Below, piece by piece: positions 25,743-37,412 of a stretch of 64,000 bases of DNA. The translations under genes and the position numbers were made by a program. The stretch is from positions 1 through 64,000 of the forward strand of contig JAUCBJ010007883.1 of assembly GCA_032718475.1 (NCBI GenBank), written 5' to 3'. How positions within the stretch are numbered: the first letter of the stretch is position 1; every line of letters begins with the position of its first letter. A model generated the notes under the pieces. It had not been told where the DNA came from, ran no database searches, and saw only the letters and a program-made list of their open reading frames with translations. The stretch is from Nemertoderma westbladi. Lineage: Eukaryota; Animalia; Xenacoelomorpha.

Positions 25743-27418
25743 AACTTTTTCTCATTATTCTCGAGGCATTTTATTTACCAAGCTCCATTGTTGTTAATAA
25801 AGGGTGGATATAATATAAAAAAAATGTTGCACGTTTTTTTCCCATGTCATGCGAAATTTTATTCTTAAATTGGTACTTTTTTGTTACTCAATTCTTTAAT
25901 AAATGATAGAACGATATAGTGTTACAAAATAAATTGAACTGCAGTATTTAACAATATTGCTTCCATAGTTACTGCAATTCAAATTACTAAACTCTTCAAC
26001 TCCTGATGCTGCCTTACACAATGTTAAATAATTTAGTGTTCTCGAATATTTATTACGTAACTGCATTGCAGCTGCATTTTTAAGAATGCCGGCTTATCGA
26101 CAAAATTGCACCGCCACAACAACTCCCTATCACCCATGACATTTGCTAGATCATCCGCATCTTCAAGGCCAGTGTCCTTTAAGATGTCTCTCAAGAAAGT
26201 CATGGACTGTCCACCATGCTTATTCACTCCATGAGGCTGCCAAAGTACAAGATTATGCACTGGCTGGTCCTCACGGCGAAAGCAATGTCCTGCAAAGCGG
26301 AGGCGATTTTGTTCTAGTGTCAAGCTTGGGGATACCATAACTAGAGATACGCTTAACTACGTAATATTGGATATTGAGTTACGTTTTGGAGTTCGCCTTG
26401 AAGACACTAAAATTGCAATAACTAATTATTGTGTGAATGGATTTTGCTGAAATGACAAGCAAACCTTATTTCTACTGCGATGCTCTTTCAACATATTATG
26501 TATAATAAGATAAGATATTCTAACCAAAATATATTATTTTACTTTTTTCGTTGGAAAAAAATAAAATCAGTGCAATCCTATGGGTTACTTTTTACTTGGA
26601 AAAAAAGTAAATTTTTCTCCCTATTTTGGGGTATATTCTAGCGAAAAAGTAACAATTAAAGAATAAATATTTTTTTTCTTAAATTGTTACTTTTTCATTC
26701 GAATTTAGACCATAATCGGGAGAAAAACTTGCACTTTTTTCTCTAGGGAAAAAAAGTAACTCGCTCGCTCGAAATCGCTCGAATTAGACCATAATCGGGA
26801 GAAAAACTTGCACTTTTTTCTCTAGGGAAAAAAAGTAACCCGTAGTAATGCAATGTAAAGATTGCATTGATTTTACTTTTTTTCCCGGCGAAAAAGTAAA
26901 ATAATATATTTTTAGTGGAATTTCTTAAATTTTAATAAATGTGTTCAAAAAGGATTGACGCAGAAAAAGGTTTGCACGTAATTTGAGTAAAATGCATGCA
27001 CGCACTCAAAAATTATGGCAAATTTAGTGTCTGCGCGGCGTATTCCAAAACGGAACTCAATATCCAATATTTGTTTATGTTGTTAAGCGGCTCTCTAGTT
27101 ACGTAATAAATATTCGAGAACACTAAATTATTTAACATTGAGTAAGGCAACATCGAGAGTTGAAGAGTTAAATAATATGAATAGCTGTAACTATGGAAGC
27201 AATATAGTAAAATACTCTAGTTCAATTTATTTTGTACCACTATATCGCTACACGTTTTATTAAAGAATTAAGCAACAAAAAAGTAACAATTTAAGAATAA
27301 AATTACGTATTACATGGGAAAAAAACGTAGAACATTTTTTTTCAATATTCTCTCGACCCTTTATTAACCTCGCTGACGCTCGGTAAATAAATTGCCTTGA
27401 GAATAGTGAAAAAAGTTC
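25743..27418. repeat. Large diverged inverted repeat (foldback, arms ~650 bp)
   Basis: Example: aatgttaaataatttagtgttctcgaatatttattacgtaact (~26020-26062) is the reverse complement of agttacgtaataaatattcgagaacactaaattatttaacatt (~27097-27139). Similarity runs along both arms, and there is a central ~60-bp tandem duplication at 26700-26840. Confidence 0.85.
26063..26337 (-). mobile_element. 5'-truncated RTE-clade LINE 3' fragment inserted in the left foldback arm
   Basis: RLRFAGHCFRREDQPVHNLVLWQP...DTGL...MGDRE..WR is a typical RTE ORF C-terminus. It is flanked by TAACT direct repeats and absent from the opposite arm. Confidence 0.75.
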
Positions 27419-28417
27419 TACTTTTTTTCCCATGTAATAAATAATTATAATAAAAATGATATGATAAAAACGTACATTTTATTCAAAACTAATAAATAAC
27501 TCAAATAACCAATAATAAATGTAGGACTACCGGTACCTTATTCTGTTATTTAATAGTGAAAGTAAAATGCTGATATTGTATAATATTATAAAATTAAGGA
27601 AACTATTAAATTATATGATGTGTGATACGTAATTTTACACTAACATTGCAGAACTATGGTGGACCAGAAGGGCCAATTCGTTTTTTTTTTAATTTCACAG
27701 AATTAAAAAAAACCGAATATATAATTGGCCTTTCAAATTCGTTTTTTCGTTTATTTATTTTACATTTCCCAGAATAAAAAATCGAATAAACGAATTTGCC
27801 GTTCAAATTCGTTTTTTCGTTTTTATTTTTTTACAATTCCCTGAATAAAAAATAAAAAATAAACGAATTGGCCCTTCACATTCGTTTTTTTCGTTTATTT
27901 ATTTTACATTTCCCAGAATAAAAAATCGAATAAACGTATTTGCCGTTCAAATTAGTTTTTTCGTTTTTTTTTACCATTCCCTGAATAAAAAAAACAAATT
28001 TACATTTTATACAACCCACAATCCTGCATCCATACCAGACCAGTACTCAGGTACCGGTACTGGTGCTGCAGTTAGGCTGTAAGGCAAGGCCGGCCTGATT
28101 CTGATATCTGTCAGTCTCTACATCATACTCATCATCTATATCATACTCTAATATATAAGTCGAGATTCGTTCGATTTCATTTATCTCCAATTATTGTTCT
28201 CGTTGGACTTTAATGTGTTTTAATATTTTTTAATAGTTACTGTTTCACTATCATTAATTATTGAATTAATCGTTTTAATTAATTAATAATAATTAATAAT
28301 TGTTGTTTTTTTCCAAAAAGTTAATTCCGCGCCACACTAACACCCAGGGGTGATCACTTAATCACGTAAACACGTAATCCTGAAACTGATTTTAGGAATT
28401 TAACATTTTAAAATTTT

Positions 28418-28490
28418 CGGATTTGAACCTGCGCCGCCGCAAGTTACTAATGTGCAGGAAGTTCAGGCGCTGTATCCACTTGGGCACTGG
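28418..28490 (-). mobile_element. tRNA-derived (SINE head-like) fragment inside the transposon
   Basis: Minus strand shows an A-box-like gtgcccaagtgg and B-box ggttcaaatcc. It resembles 44806-44875 and has no complete cloverleaf. Confidence 0.5.
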
Positions 28491-28867
28491 GATTACTTAG
28501 TTATGGGCTACGCGTTATCACCCGTATCATAAAGCATTCTCAACAATCGCATAAAGTCACCCACTTCATATAAAGTAATGCATGACATGAATGAGTTTAT
28601 AAATTTAAGAGTTTAATTAATAAAGAGTTTAATTAGTTTAATTACCGGACCCGGGGTGTATTATTGTAGTACTACCTTGTTTGAATTACACCTTTCCAAA
28701 GTTCGCACAATTATTTATTCATCATAAATATTGGAATCAGTTTCTAAATGCAAGCAAAGTTAATTAATTAATTAAAATTGTCTAAACAAATCAAGCATGT
28801 CTTTGAAAACTGCTACTGCAACAGTAATTGATTGAGGCACATCAGGAATATTTCCCTCAAATAATAC

Positions 28868-29965
28868 TTACAGACATTCCATGAAGTCAACACTACAACC
28901 ATTCACAGGCGTTTCGACACATAGTTCCTGCCGCATAAACACTAGTTCGTTGCGGGATAGTGGTAATGGCGACGACTGGTCCGTTTTACCGTACGGTGGT
29001 GAAAGATACATCACGTCAGGAATTCCTCCGGCAAATCCGATTTTCCTATTTCTCCGCATTCTATGCGTATTCCAATAGTGGGTACAATCATCTAATTGAC
29101 TTTGCATCAACTGATAAAAGCAAAACCTAGCAGCCTGTACTTGTAGATTATCTGTGGGATTGTACAGACCATCATTCATCAGTTCATTAAATAAGTCTAT
29201 GTAGAATTGAGACATTTTACGTCGCAAATCTCTCCAAAATCGTTCTATTCGTGTGTTGTAAATGGAACTTCCTATAATAACAGATTTGGCTGCTTCCTCG
29301 CTGCCGTCAATAAGTTTTCTTAGTTCTTGGTGTAACCGAACTATTAAACAATTATCTGTTCCGGCATCAACACGCAGTTTCCTGGGCAATCTGTCAGTTA
29401 ACTGCAGGAAATCGAAGTAATTTTGAGTTACGGTTTTAGGATTGTTATTGCTGGTCAATACGCTAAGCCAAACTACTTTTCTCGAAAAGCCGTCAATTGC
29501 TGCGTGGATGGGGAAACCGTAAGGTTTAAGTTTATCGTAGCCGTCAATGTGGATCGAGTCGTTGGGACCATTCGAACCATACCGGCCTCTTTGTCTCAGC
29601 GATTTTCGCAATCTGTGATTGACACCATCCGGATCTAAATAATTAAGCATTAGGCGGACCATGTTCTGTGGCGTATTAATGGAATACTTTGACCACAATA
29701 TGTGTTTCATGGTTCGGTAGCCGCAATTCATCGCACCACCCTGGAGCTCCATTATTATTGCAACTAAAACTGTCACCAATGACTTCTCGAAATTCCTTGA
29801 CTTTAACTGTAGTTTTTGACGGTATCGTTTCACCGTTCGTTCAGATATCGAAATATTATGCGTTCGAGATAATATTACTTGGGTTTCCCTCGCAGAAATC
29901 CGCAAATTAAAATAATAAATAATAAGTTCATCAAGTGTAATATCTGATTGATCATGATCAGACAT
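28868..29965 (-). CDS. DDE transposase / integrase-core protein (IS3EU type), probably with a premature stop
   Basis: N-terminal HTH-like (ISERTVKRYRQKL); HIDGYDKLKPYGFPIHAAIDGFSRK (D1), RVDAGTDN (D2), SIYNTRIERFW (E). The frame continues 31 codons past the TAA to 28772. Confidence 0.85.
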   Translation of the reverse strand: MSDHDQSDITLDELIIYYFNLRISARETQVILSRTHNISISERTVKRYRQKLQLKSRNFEKSLVTVLVAIIMELQGGAMNCGYRTMKHILWSKYSINTPQNMVRLMLNYLDPDGVNHRLRKSLRQRGRYGSNGPNDSIHIDGYDKLKPYGFPIHAAIDGFSRKVVWLSVLTSNNNPKTVTQNYFDFLQLTDRLPRKLRVDAGTDNCLIVRLHQELRKLIDGSEEAAKSVIIGSSIYNTRIERFWRDLRRKMSQFYIDLFNELMNDGLYNPTDNLQVQAARFCFYQLMQSQLDDCTHYWNTHRMRRNRKIGFAGGIPDVMYLSPPYGKTDQSSPLPLSRNELVFMRQELCVETPVNGCSVDFMECL

Positions 29966-31540
29966 ACTGTACTACCGGACAGACAGAGAGAGTCAATATC
30001 ACGTCTAATCAAAATAGCGACTATTAAGAATTGGTTTTTGGTTTATTTTTTTTCCAGGTTAGAAAAAAATAAACTAGTTAAACAAATTTTTACCAAACAT
30101 TTTGTTTTTTGTTTATTTTTTTCAATTCGTTTATTCGTTTTTTTTTATTTAGGGAATTGTAAAAAATAAAAACGATAAAACGAATTTGAACAGAGCAAAT
30201 TCGTTTATTCGATTTTTTATTCTGGGAAATGTAAAATAAATAAACGAAAAAACGAATTTGAAGGGCTAATTCGTTTATTTGTTTTTTTTAATTCTATGAA
30301 ATAAAAAAAAAACAAATTGGCCCTTCTGGTCCACCATACAGAACACACCATGTTGAACGTAGTTTTATTCCAGAATTGAAACATTTCACGACAACCGACT
30401 GACCGAGGGTTCTTGATCGGGGCACAATATTAATCTGATTTGGGGACTGGGTGTGGGTAGTACATTCTGTACATAGAGAGTACTACAGAGTACACTACAT
30501 TGTACAGCAACAGGGAACGTCATAGACTTCCTTTACCCGTTCACAGACCTCACACGACGTGTTCATGCAACTTATCCTCACCCTCCGGTGGTTTTAGTAT
30601 CTATTGCCTTGGAATCAATTGCGGTTGGATTTATTGACTGACACCTCATCTATACCAATCTTCAGTTCGTTTTACAGGTACCGATACCATGTGCTGGATG
30701 ACAATTTCAGCTGTTTTATTCGAACAAGAATACCGGCAATATGTAAACAGTACTACTACCGGGTACGCTACCAGGAAGAGACAAATGAATTGAAAGTGAA
30801 ACTATTTTTTGACTTACCGCACTACCTAAGGCTATACAGCTGTACTAATCACTAATCTTTGCCTAACCTAACGGTGTAATTTTATAACATCATAGCATGC
30901 ATAGACCTCCGTAGTTAATCAGATCACCACCATAAGGATAAATATAAAACAAACTAAATATTACATTTAATAAATAATCCAATTAGTCAATTAGGAATAC
31001 GTGAGGAATACAATTTCTGAATTCCACAATTTGGGGAGATATGAAATCGGTCAATTAAAAAAAGTATAAAATAATTATCATATGTAAAAATGTATATTTA
31101 ATATTTATCAATGAAGACAATAAATATGTATAAACTAAAAATGAAGTCCATCTCTGTAAACAATTATTTACGCATGTGTTTAACTCCAGAAAATTGCGAT
31201 TTTAATGATTATAACTTGGTAGGAATAGTATTCCTGTTCCAGGTCAGATCAAGGCCTACAATAAATAACATGGAATGGATTCCGCCAAGGATATGGGAAT
31301 ACCATGCCAGCATGCCACTGTGTGCTAGAGCCAGTCTCATGCAAGAAGCAATTTATACAACATCGGGAGGGAGGGGATGTCCCCCCATTCCCTGGAGCAG
31401 CCTATACTCCTAGGGCATCAGCTGACAGCAGCAGTGAACAGCTGATATGCTCGGAATATCACACTGAATAATAATATTCAGAGTAGATTACAATCTGTCT
31501 TAGCAGTGAGTGCTGATTAAGTTCTGTGGGTGTAGTTTCG

Positions 31541-31760
31541 GTGTTGGGAGTGCAGCCTCGATGTTGGGAGTGCAGCCTCGGTGTTAGGAGTGCACTCTCG
31601 ATGCTGTAGTACATACACCCTCCTTGCTTTGTGTGCTGTGCATAGTCTCGTTGTTGGGCTTTGGAGTGAATTCTCCATGCTTTGAGTGCAGTCTAGGTGT
31701 TGGAAGTGCACACTCCGTGTTTTTAAGTGCAGTCTTGGTGTTGATTTGATAGTGCAGTCC
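31541..31760 (+). repeat. Degenerate ~20-bp tandem repeat
   Basis: gtgttgggagtgcagcctcg x3, followed by decaying copies. Confidence 0.6.
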
Positions 31761-33447
31761 TTGTGCTGTGAGATTTGCGGGTGTACCCTCAACCCTCAAA
31801 TACAAAAATGTTAACCAACTCAGCTTGGTTAACACTGCTGTACTATCAATTGATAATGATAAGTTTGTTAGATGGTTTTTAAAGATTTCAGGTTAAAAAT
31901 ACATATTTGTTTTGTTTGGATATAATGAGGACATACTTCCACTCATCGGCTCAATTTGCTGTTTGGAGTGAGGTGTTATTATCATTAGTGATTCGAGTTA
32001 TCGGCTTCGCGATGGAACTGATGTTTTCCATTAGGATCGATCTATCAGATCGATTGGCATTGTTAGTCGCCTGATCGCTTAGTTATTATGATAATCGGGA
32101 AATTTGATAACTTTGTCCAGAAAAACAATTTCCTCGCGTATGACTTGTATTTTTGTGTAGAGATAGTCACTGGACTGATGAGGTTGGGATGACACATATT
32201 AGGCCCTATATTGCCCAACGAAGTCTCAGTACCATGATGCATAATTTTCAAGCAAAAATCGATGTGACACCTTTCCTGAACCATCACGACTTGCAACTCT
32301 AAAGTTCAACTTTGTTTCAATTTGGCCGAAGTTCTCATTTATGTGTTGAGTCCGTATAAACTACCGATAACAGGGCACATCTCCAAAGAAACGGCAGTTT
32401 ACAAAATAAATTGATGGAATTAACATCAGAGGTAACGGACGGGTCACAGTCATGAACCAAAAAATTAAAATCGTAATTAGTGGATAATTATTTTTTATTC
32501 GATAATTTTGCTTATTCAGTACCGGGACCTAATAGGTGAAGATACATTCGATATTTGGGTGTCATGAGCCATCGCACAGGCCTTACAGAAAAGTAGTAAA
32601 TCCAAGTTAGATTTTGTAAATTGTGTCCCATCCGTGACAGATAACACGCATTTACTTATTTAGAATACTTTTTAACGAACTTCACTTTTCCGGAGTCTAT
32701 GTGTTGCCTGCGCGCAAAGTGACCCTACGCCTACACAATGGTGTGAGCGCATTTATTACCTATCATTACCTACCGGTCAATCTTCCAAAAATGCGGATAA
32801 TAAAATATTTAACGAATCAACGATCTAGAAGTTTATTATGTTGATTTCGCAAAGTAGAATGTGCATCTATTCCTCGGCTACGTCTCGGAAAAAATGTGCA
32901 CATTCTACTATTCCTCGCAGTGGCGGATTTAGGGGGGGGGGGGGGGGGGGGGCTTTGGGCCATGCCCCCCCCCCCCCCCCCCCCCCTTGAAAAAATGTAA
33001 AAACTTCGACACAATGGAAGCCTAATTGACCCGAGCAGGAGGGCGCCTCATTGTCCCTGCTGTCCAGCACTACTGTGGGTACAGTCGGGATCAGCATTGA
33101 GGTTTTGACTCCACCTGTGTTCAAATAGTCTGACAGTGTTCAATATAACAAACAATGTAAGACAGGTACGTAGCTCATAGTGATGTAAAGCAATCTTATT
33201 GAAGGGAACTGGGTGGCCGCAGGCCAAGGCCATTATGTGGTCTGATTGGACGATGCTTTTTTAAGTCGTTGGTTATGTAATAACGGTTAATAGTCTTGTC
33301 AGATATCATACTGTCAATTGGTTTACTATTATTTTAATATTATAGGGAGCCTACTATTATAACGTTGATAGAGTATATAATTGTTTATGTTTTTAATGTA
33401 TCTATTTAAATCTATTTTTTTTTATATTCAGGGCCGGATTATTCAGG

Positions 33448-33682
33448 GCTTTGCAGGACATTGCTTTCGCCGTGAGGACCAGCTTGAGCACAATATTGCG
33501 CTTTGTCAGCAGCATGGAGAAATAAGCATGGTGGACAGCCCATGACTTTAGTGAGATGCATCTTAAAGGACACTGGCCTTGAAGATGCGTATAATCTCGC
33601 GAAAGTCATAGGGGATAGGGAGTTGTGGCGGTGCAACTTTGTGATAAGGCGGCATAGCATTCCTAATGCACGCTGCATTGGG
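33448..33682 (+). mobile_element. Second RTE-clade 3' fragment (same family as 26063-26337)
   Basis: ctttgcaggacattgctttcgccgtgaggaccagc...aaggacactggccttgaagatgcg is the reverse complement of the 26.1-26.3 kb fragment. Confidence 0.8.
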
Positions 33683-33807
33683 CTTGCCAATTGTGTATTG
33701 CATTGTGGTGGCAAAATACTTTTGTTAAGCCGGTATAGCATCTCAATGTTTAGTTTCAATGCAGCAGGCCCATTACAGTAGTAGTAGTAGTACCCCACCC
33801 AACTCAA

Positions 33808-35432
33808 ATAAAAGTCTCAAATAAATTGGGTTACAGAATTCCTAAATTGTAATGATATAAACTCCAAGTGGGATTCGTTTCAATCTAGAATTGCTGACTT
33901 GTTTGTTAAATATGTACCTACTTATAAATTATGTAGCAATCGTTATAGGCCACCCCTACATATCAGAAAATTACAAGCAAACAAACGACGCCTCTGGCGT
34001 CTACGGAATAGGTCTACGTCTGATCTACAAGCTTATAGACGTGTGTGCTTTGAGTTTGACAAGGCAATCCGTTCCTTTCACATGCAACAAGAATTGAAAA
34101 TTCTATCTAGTAAAAATAAAAAAGCATTCTTTAAATACGCTAAGAGCCGTACAACAAATCGTAACTCTATAGCCCCCTTAAAGAAAAAAGGATGGTTCCC
34201 TAGCAACCACTGACAAAGAAAAATGTGACTGTCTGATAACTCAATACTCATCTGTCGGTAATGTAGATAATGGTGAATTTCCTGTATTTAACCAGCTAAC
34301 TGACGAAACTTTTGACATTGATTGCATTTCTGAATCTAAAGTTATTGATATCCTTGCTAAATTACAGTATAAATTTGGAGATACGCCAGACGGCATTCCT
34401 GTTGCTACCTTAAAAATATTTAGATTTGAATTATGTTATGCATTGTGCATATTATTTATGAATCACTCTTAACTGGTGCATTACCGAAGTGTTGGAAACA
34501 GGCCGATATTACATCTGTCTACAAAAAAGGCGATGCGTCCATTGGTGCTAATTATCGCCCTATTTCCAGCACTTCTTCAGTCTGTCGTGTTCTAGAACAA
34601 ATCTTAATTCATGAAATGTCGGGTTTTTTAAAAAGGAACAATTTAATAACAGATGAACAATACGGATTTATTAAGGGCCGTAGCACTACCACTCAACTTT
34701 TAGACTGCACCTATAATTGGGCAACTGCCCTTAATGCAAAATGTTTTACTGATGTAGTATACACAGACTATGCCAAGGCATTTGACTCTGTTGTGCCTAG
34801 TAAATTGTTATTTAAACTTAAATGTTATGGAATTACAGGTAATTTGTATCGCTGGTTTGCCAGCTATTTAACTGATCGTGTTCAGCGAGTGAAAATAGGT
34901 GAAAGCTTACGTAGGATTCATATTGATTTGGTGTACACTTATAAAATAATGCATAATCTTTTAGACCTTGATCCTGAAAAATACTTTCAGCGATCATTTT
35001 CAATTACTCGTGGCCACTCATATAAACTTCGAGGCATTAAATGTGCTACTAACCCAATATCGAATATGTTCTTTAATCGAGTTGTAAATATCTGGAATGA
35101 CCTCACCGATGATATTGTTACCAGTATTTCTGTGGAGCAATTTAAACTAAAACTTATTGAATGCGATCTCACTAAATACTGTAATTTTGATAGGAATTTG
35201 TAACTTGTTTCGTTGTAATTTTTATTTTATTTAAATACTTTGTGCAATGTGTTGCATATTTTATATTAATTGATATTTACTTAAGCTAGAGTATCAGTCG
35301 CCTCGTTTACCGTGTTAACCTTTTTACTTTTGTTCTGGTCGGTACATTGTGCCTTTTATTGTGATTTTTAATGTTGTCTGTGCGCTACTCTAACTGGAGT
35401 TATCTCCGAATAATATATCTTATCTTATCTTA
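33808..35432 (+). pseudogene. Degraded CR1-group LINE ORF2 fragment with frameshifts and an internal deletion of the RT core
   Basis: NKKAFFKY, NYRPISSTS, QYGFIKGRST and DYAKAFDSV, then a direct jump from QRVKIGES to the C-terminal LRRIHIDL...TRGHSYKL...FFNRVVNIWNDL (no PQG or YADD). Ends in a (tatct)n tail at ~35415-35430. Confidence 0.85.
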
Positions 35433-35993
35433 ACTCCTACCTTAATATGCTCTGGCTAAACCAATGGAAGGATAGGCCTATATTTCATTAGTTAAACGAA
35501 TTAAAAAGTACCCTTTTTGGTAAAAACGAACCGCCCTTTTAAAATCCTGGCTATGGGCCTGTAAACTAGTACTGTAAAAGCAAATTAGATCTATTAGCTA
35601 TCTCTATTTCTAATTTCATTGGGGGGGGGGGGGGGGGGGGGGGTTAACATAATGCATGATATGAGGATTATGTGTACAGTATTTATAAAAAGTGCCACCC
35701 CCCCCCCCCCCCCCCCCCCCGCCCTTCATAAATTCCCAGATCCGCAACTGATTCCTCCTTTCTTTTTGTAAAAGAAATAGTTATATTGTTTGGTAACAAC
35801 CAGCCATATTCCGTGCTTGCGATAAACCGACATTAACCACGATGGACTATTATATTAAAATTATACACTTTACTGCTTTCGATTAAATAATATATATACA
35901 AATAACTACTAGCTGTCTAGGAACAAAAAAAACACCAATACAGAAATATTAAGAAACTCGATATCTGAAAGCTCCAATTACTCCCGGACATGT

Positions 35994-36668
35994 TTACCCG
36001 GACCCGGACCCGGACTCCCGGACATGTTTACCCTTTTTCCGATTCCGAACTCGAGAACGTTTTTCCTCCTCTTCCGACGAGCTGCTTGACGAGCTAGAGG
36101 AACTCGGCGAGCGACGAACTCTCTTCTTCTTGAGTTTCTTATGTTTCTTCCCGGCTATTTCCGCGGTTCCTCCCGGTTTCGCGACGACTTTACCAGCGGG
36201 GATGGCGAACGAATCGTCCTTGGAGAAACTGCTCCCGGCCACATATCCGCTCAGTCCCATCGCGTCTTTAAACGCCTCGTTTTTCTTCTCATTTAGTTCC
36301 GCAGTTACGTGCCGCTCGAATGTTTTTGGTTTATGAGATCCGTCGTCCGTCGCCTCTAGCAACGCAGCGCTGTCCGTTAACAACCAACGCAACTCGCCGA
36401 CTTTATCTTCAATCTCAGTGTCGGAATATCCTTGATCTTCCATCATATCCTGTAATTCCACGCATTTTAGTTCAATTTTTCGTTTATTTTCGTGTTCCAA
36501 AATCTCCTTGTTGCCTTTCCGCAGAAGAACTTCGTCTATTTTATTAAAATCTTTGGGTTTTGCGTAGTCCACTCGCTCCTTGTGTTGTCTTATGAGTGCC
36601 CGGTTGGCTTGGATGTGGCCGTTTGTCCCGGTTCCGCGTGGAGTAATTACTCCGATTCCGTTATACAT
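35994..36668 (-). CDS. CWC21: Pre-mRNA splicing factor CWC21 / SRRM2 N-terminal (cwf21 domain) protein, intronless, 224 aa
   Basis: MYNGIGVITPRGTGTNGHIQAN signature, EILEHENKRKIELKC cwf21 domain, and a short K/S/R-rich tail. Confidence 0.92.
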   Translation of the reverse strand: MYNGIGVITPRGTGTNGHIQANRALIRQHKERVDYAKPKDFNKIDEVLLRKGNKEILEHENKRKIELKCVELQDMMEDQGYSDTEIEDKVGELRWLLTDSAALLEATDDGSHKPKTFERHVTAELNEKKNEAFKDAMGLSGYVAGSSFSKDDSFAIPAGKVVAKPGGTAEIAGKKHKKLKKKRVRRSPSSSSSSSSSSEEEEKRSRVRNRKKGKHVRESGSGSG

Positions 36669-36873
36669 TGTGTCAGTAGACGTCTATCAGTCTATAATCC
36701 AGTAATCTGTATTTCGGCGTACTGACGTAGGCCTAAGTGGTAGGTACAGTACAGAGGTAGGCAGGTAGGTCCCGGGACCGATTCGGCGCTACCCTTCTGA
36801 CAATCTGACAATAGCCTACCCAGCTACCTGCCTACACAACAGAGTAATACTTCAATGCCCCCAGTTCAATCTT

Positions 36874-36931
36874 GGGGTAAATCTTTTCGACCTACGCGTA
36901 GGCCTACGCGTAGGTCGAAAAGATTTACCCC
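36874..36931. mobile_element. 58-bp perfect palindrome with 6-bp direct flanks (micro-MITE-like) in the CWC21/MCUR1 divergent promoter
   Basis: ggggtaaatcttttcgacctacgcgtagg|cctacgcgtaggtcgaaaagatttacccc, flanked by AATCTT on both sides. Confidence 0.7.
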
Positions 36932-37412
36932 AATCTTGTTGTAAGTTCTTGTCTGTAGGCCTAGTCCTTCAGTCATTGGCAGCTTGGGTTAGGCAGGCTA
37001 ATGTCTGAATGTCTGTTGTACATGTACCGGTACTGCACTACCGTACCTACCGTCAGACAGTAGATGTATGTCGACTATATTATATAGTTAGGTCTCGTCT
37101 AGGTCGACATTTTGAGTGACTATTCATTCCTCTATTCGTTCAGGTACCGGTACTCCCTATTGAGGTAGTACCTATTCATTTATGATCTATTTATCAATAT
37201 CGGATCTGTATTTCTTTTGTTTTGGTGTAAAGGTGAAGCCGGAGAGCAGCTGAGCAGAGGGAAAATATTTAATAAACAATTTTTAATCATGTTCCATATT
37301 CTATATTACGCATTATATTTTCAATTCATTAACTTAGCTGCATATAATTTATTACCGGTGCTGTATTACGGTATATTTTTCTTAATATTTGCGACTTGCC
37401 GATTCATTTAAT

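Larger units (their letters stand above)
27655..30338 (-). mobile_element. IS3EU-type DNA transposon (2684 bp)
   Basis: TIR tatggtggaccagaagggccaatt / aattggcccttctggtccaccata, extended by repeated subterminal units. 6-bp TSD CAGAAC at 27649-54 and 30339-44. TAYGG termini with a 6-bp TSD and an IS3/integrase-type transposase fit the IS3EU description. Confidence 0.88.
32918..35750. mobile_element. hAT-like non-autonomous element containing nested LINE fragments
   Basis: Termini cagtggcggatttagg / cccagatccgcaactg (imperfect TIR) with adjacent G/C runs. Flanks attcctcg / attcctcc form an 8-bp TSD with one mismatch. Confidence 0.65.

Noticed and set aside
28418-28490. tRNA gene calls here and at 40200-40235 and 44806-44875
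   Set aside because: A/B boxes are present but no acceptor or anticodon stems could be built; treated as SINE heads.
32170-32240. Second hammerhead candidate (ctgatga-g-gttggg...cccaac-gaag)
   Set aside because: GAAG instead of GAAA, helix II out of register, and no convincing helix I or III.
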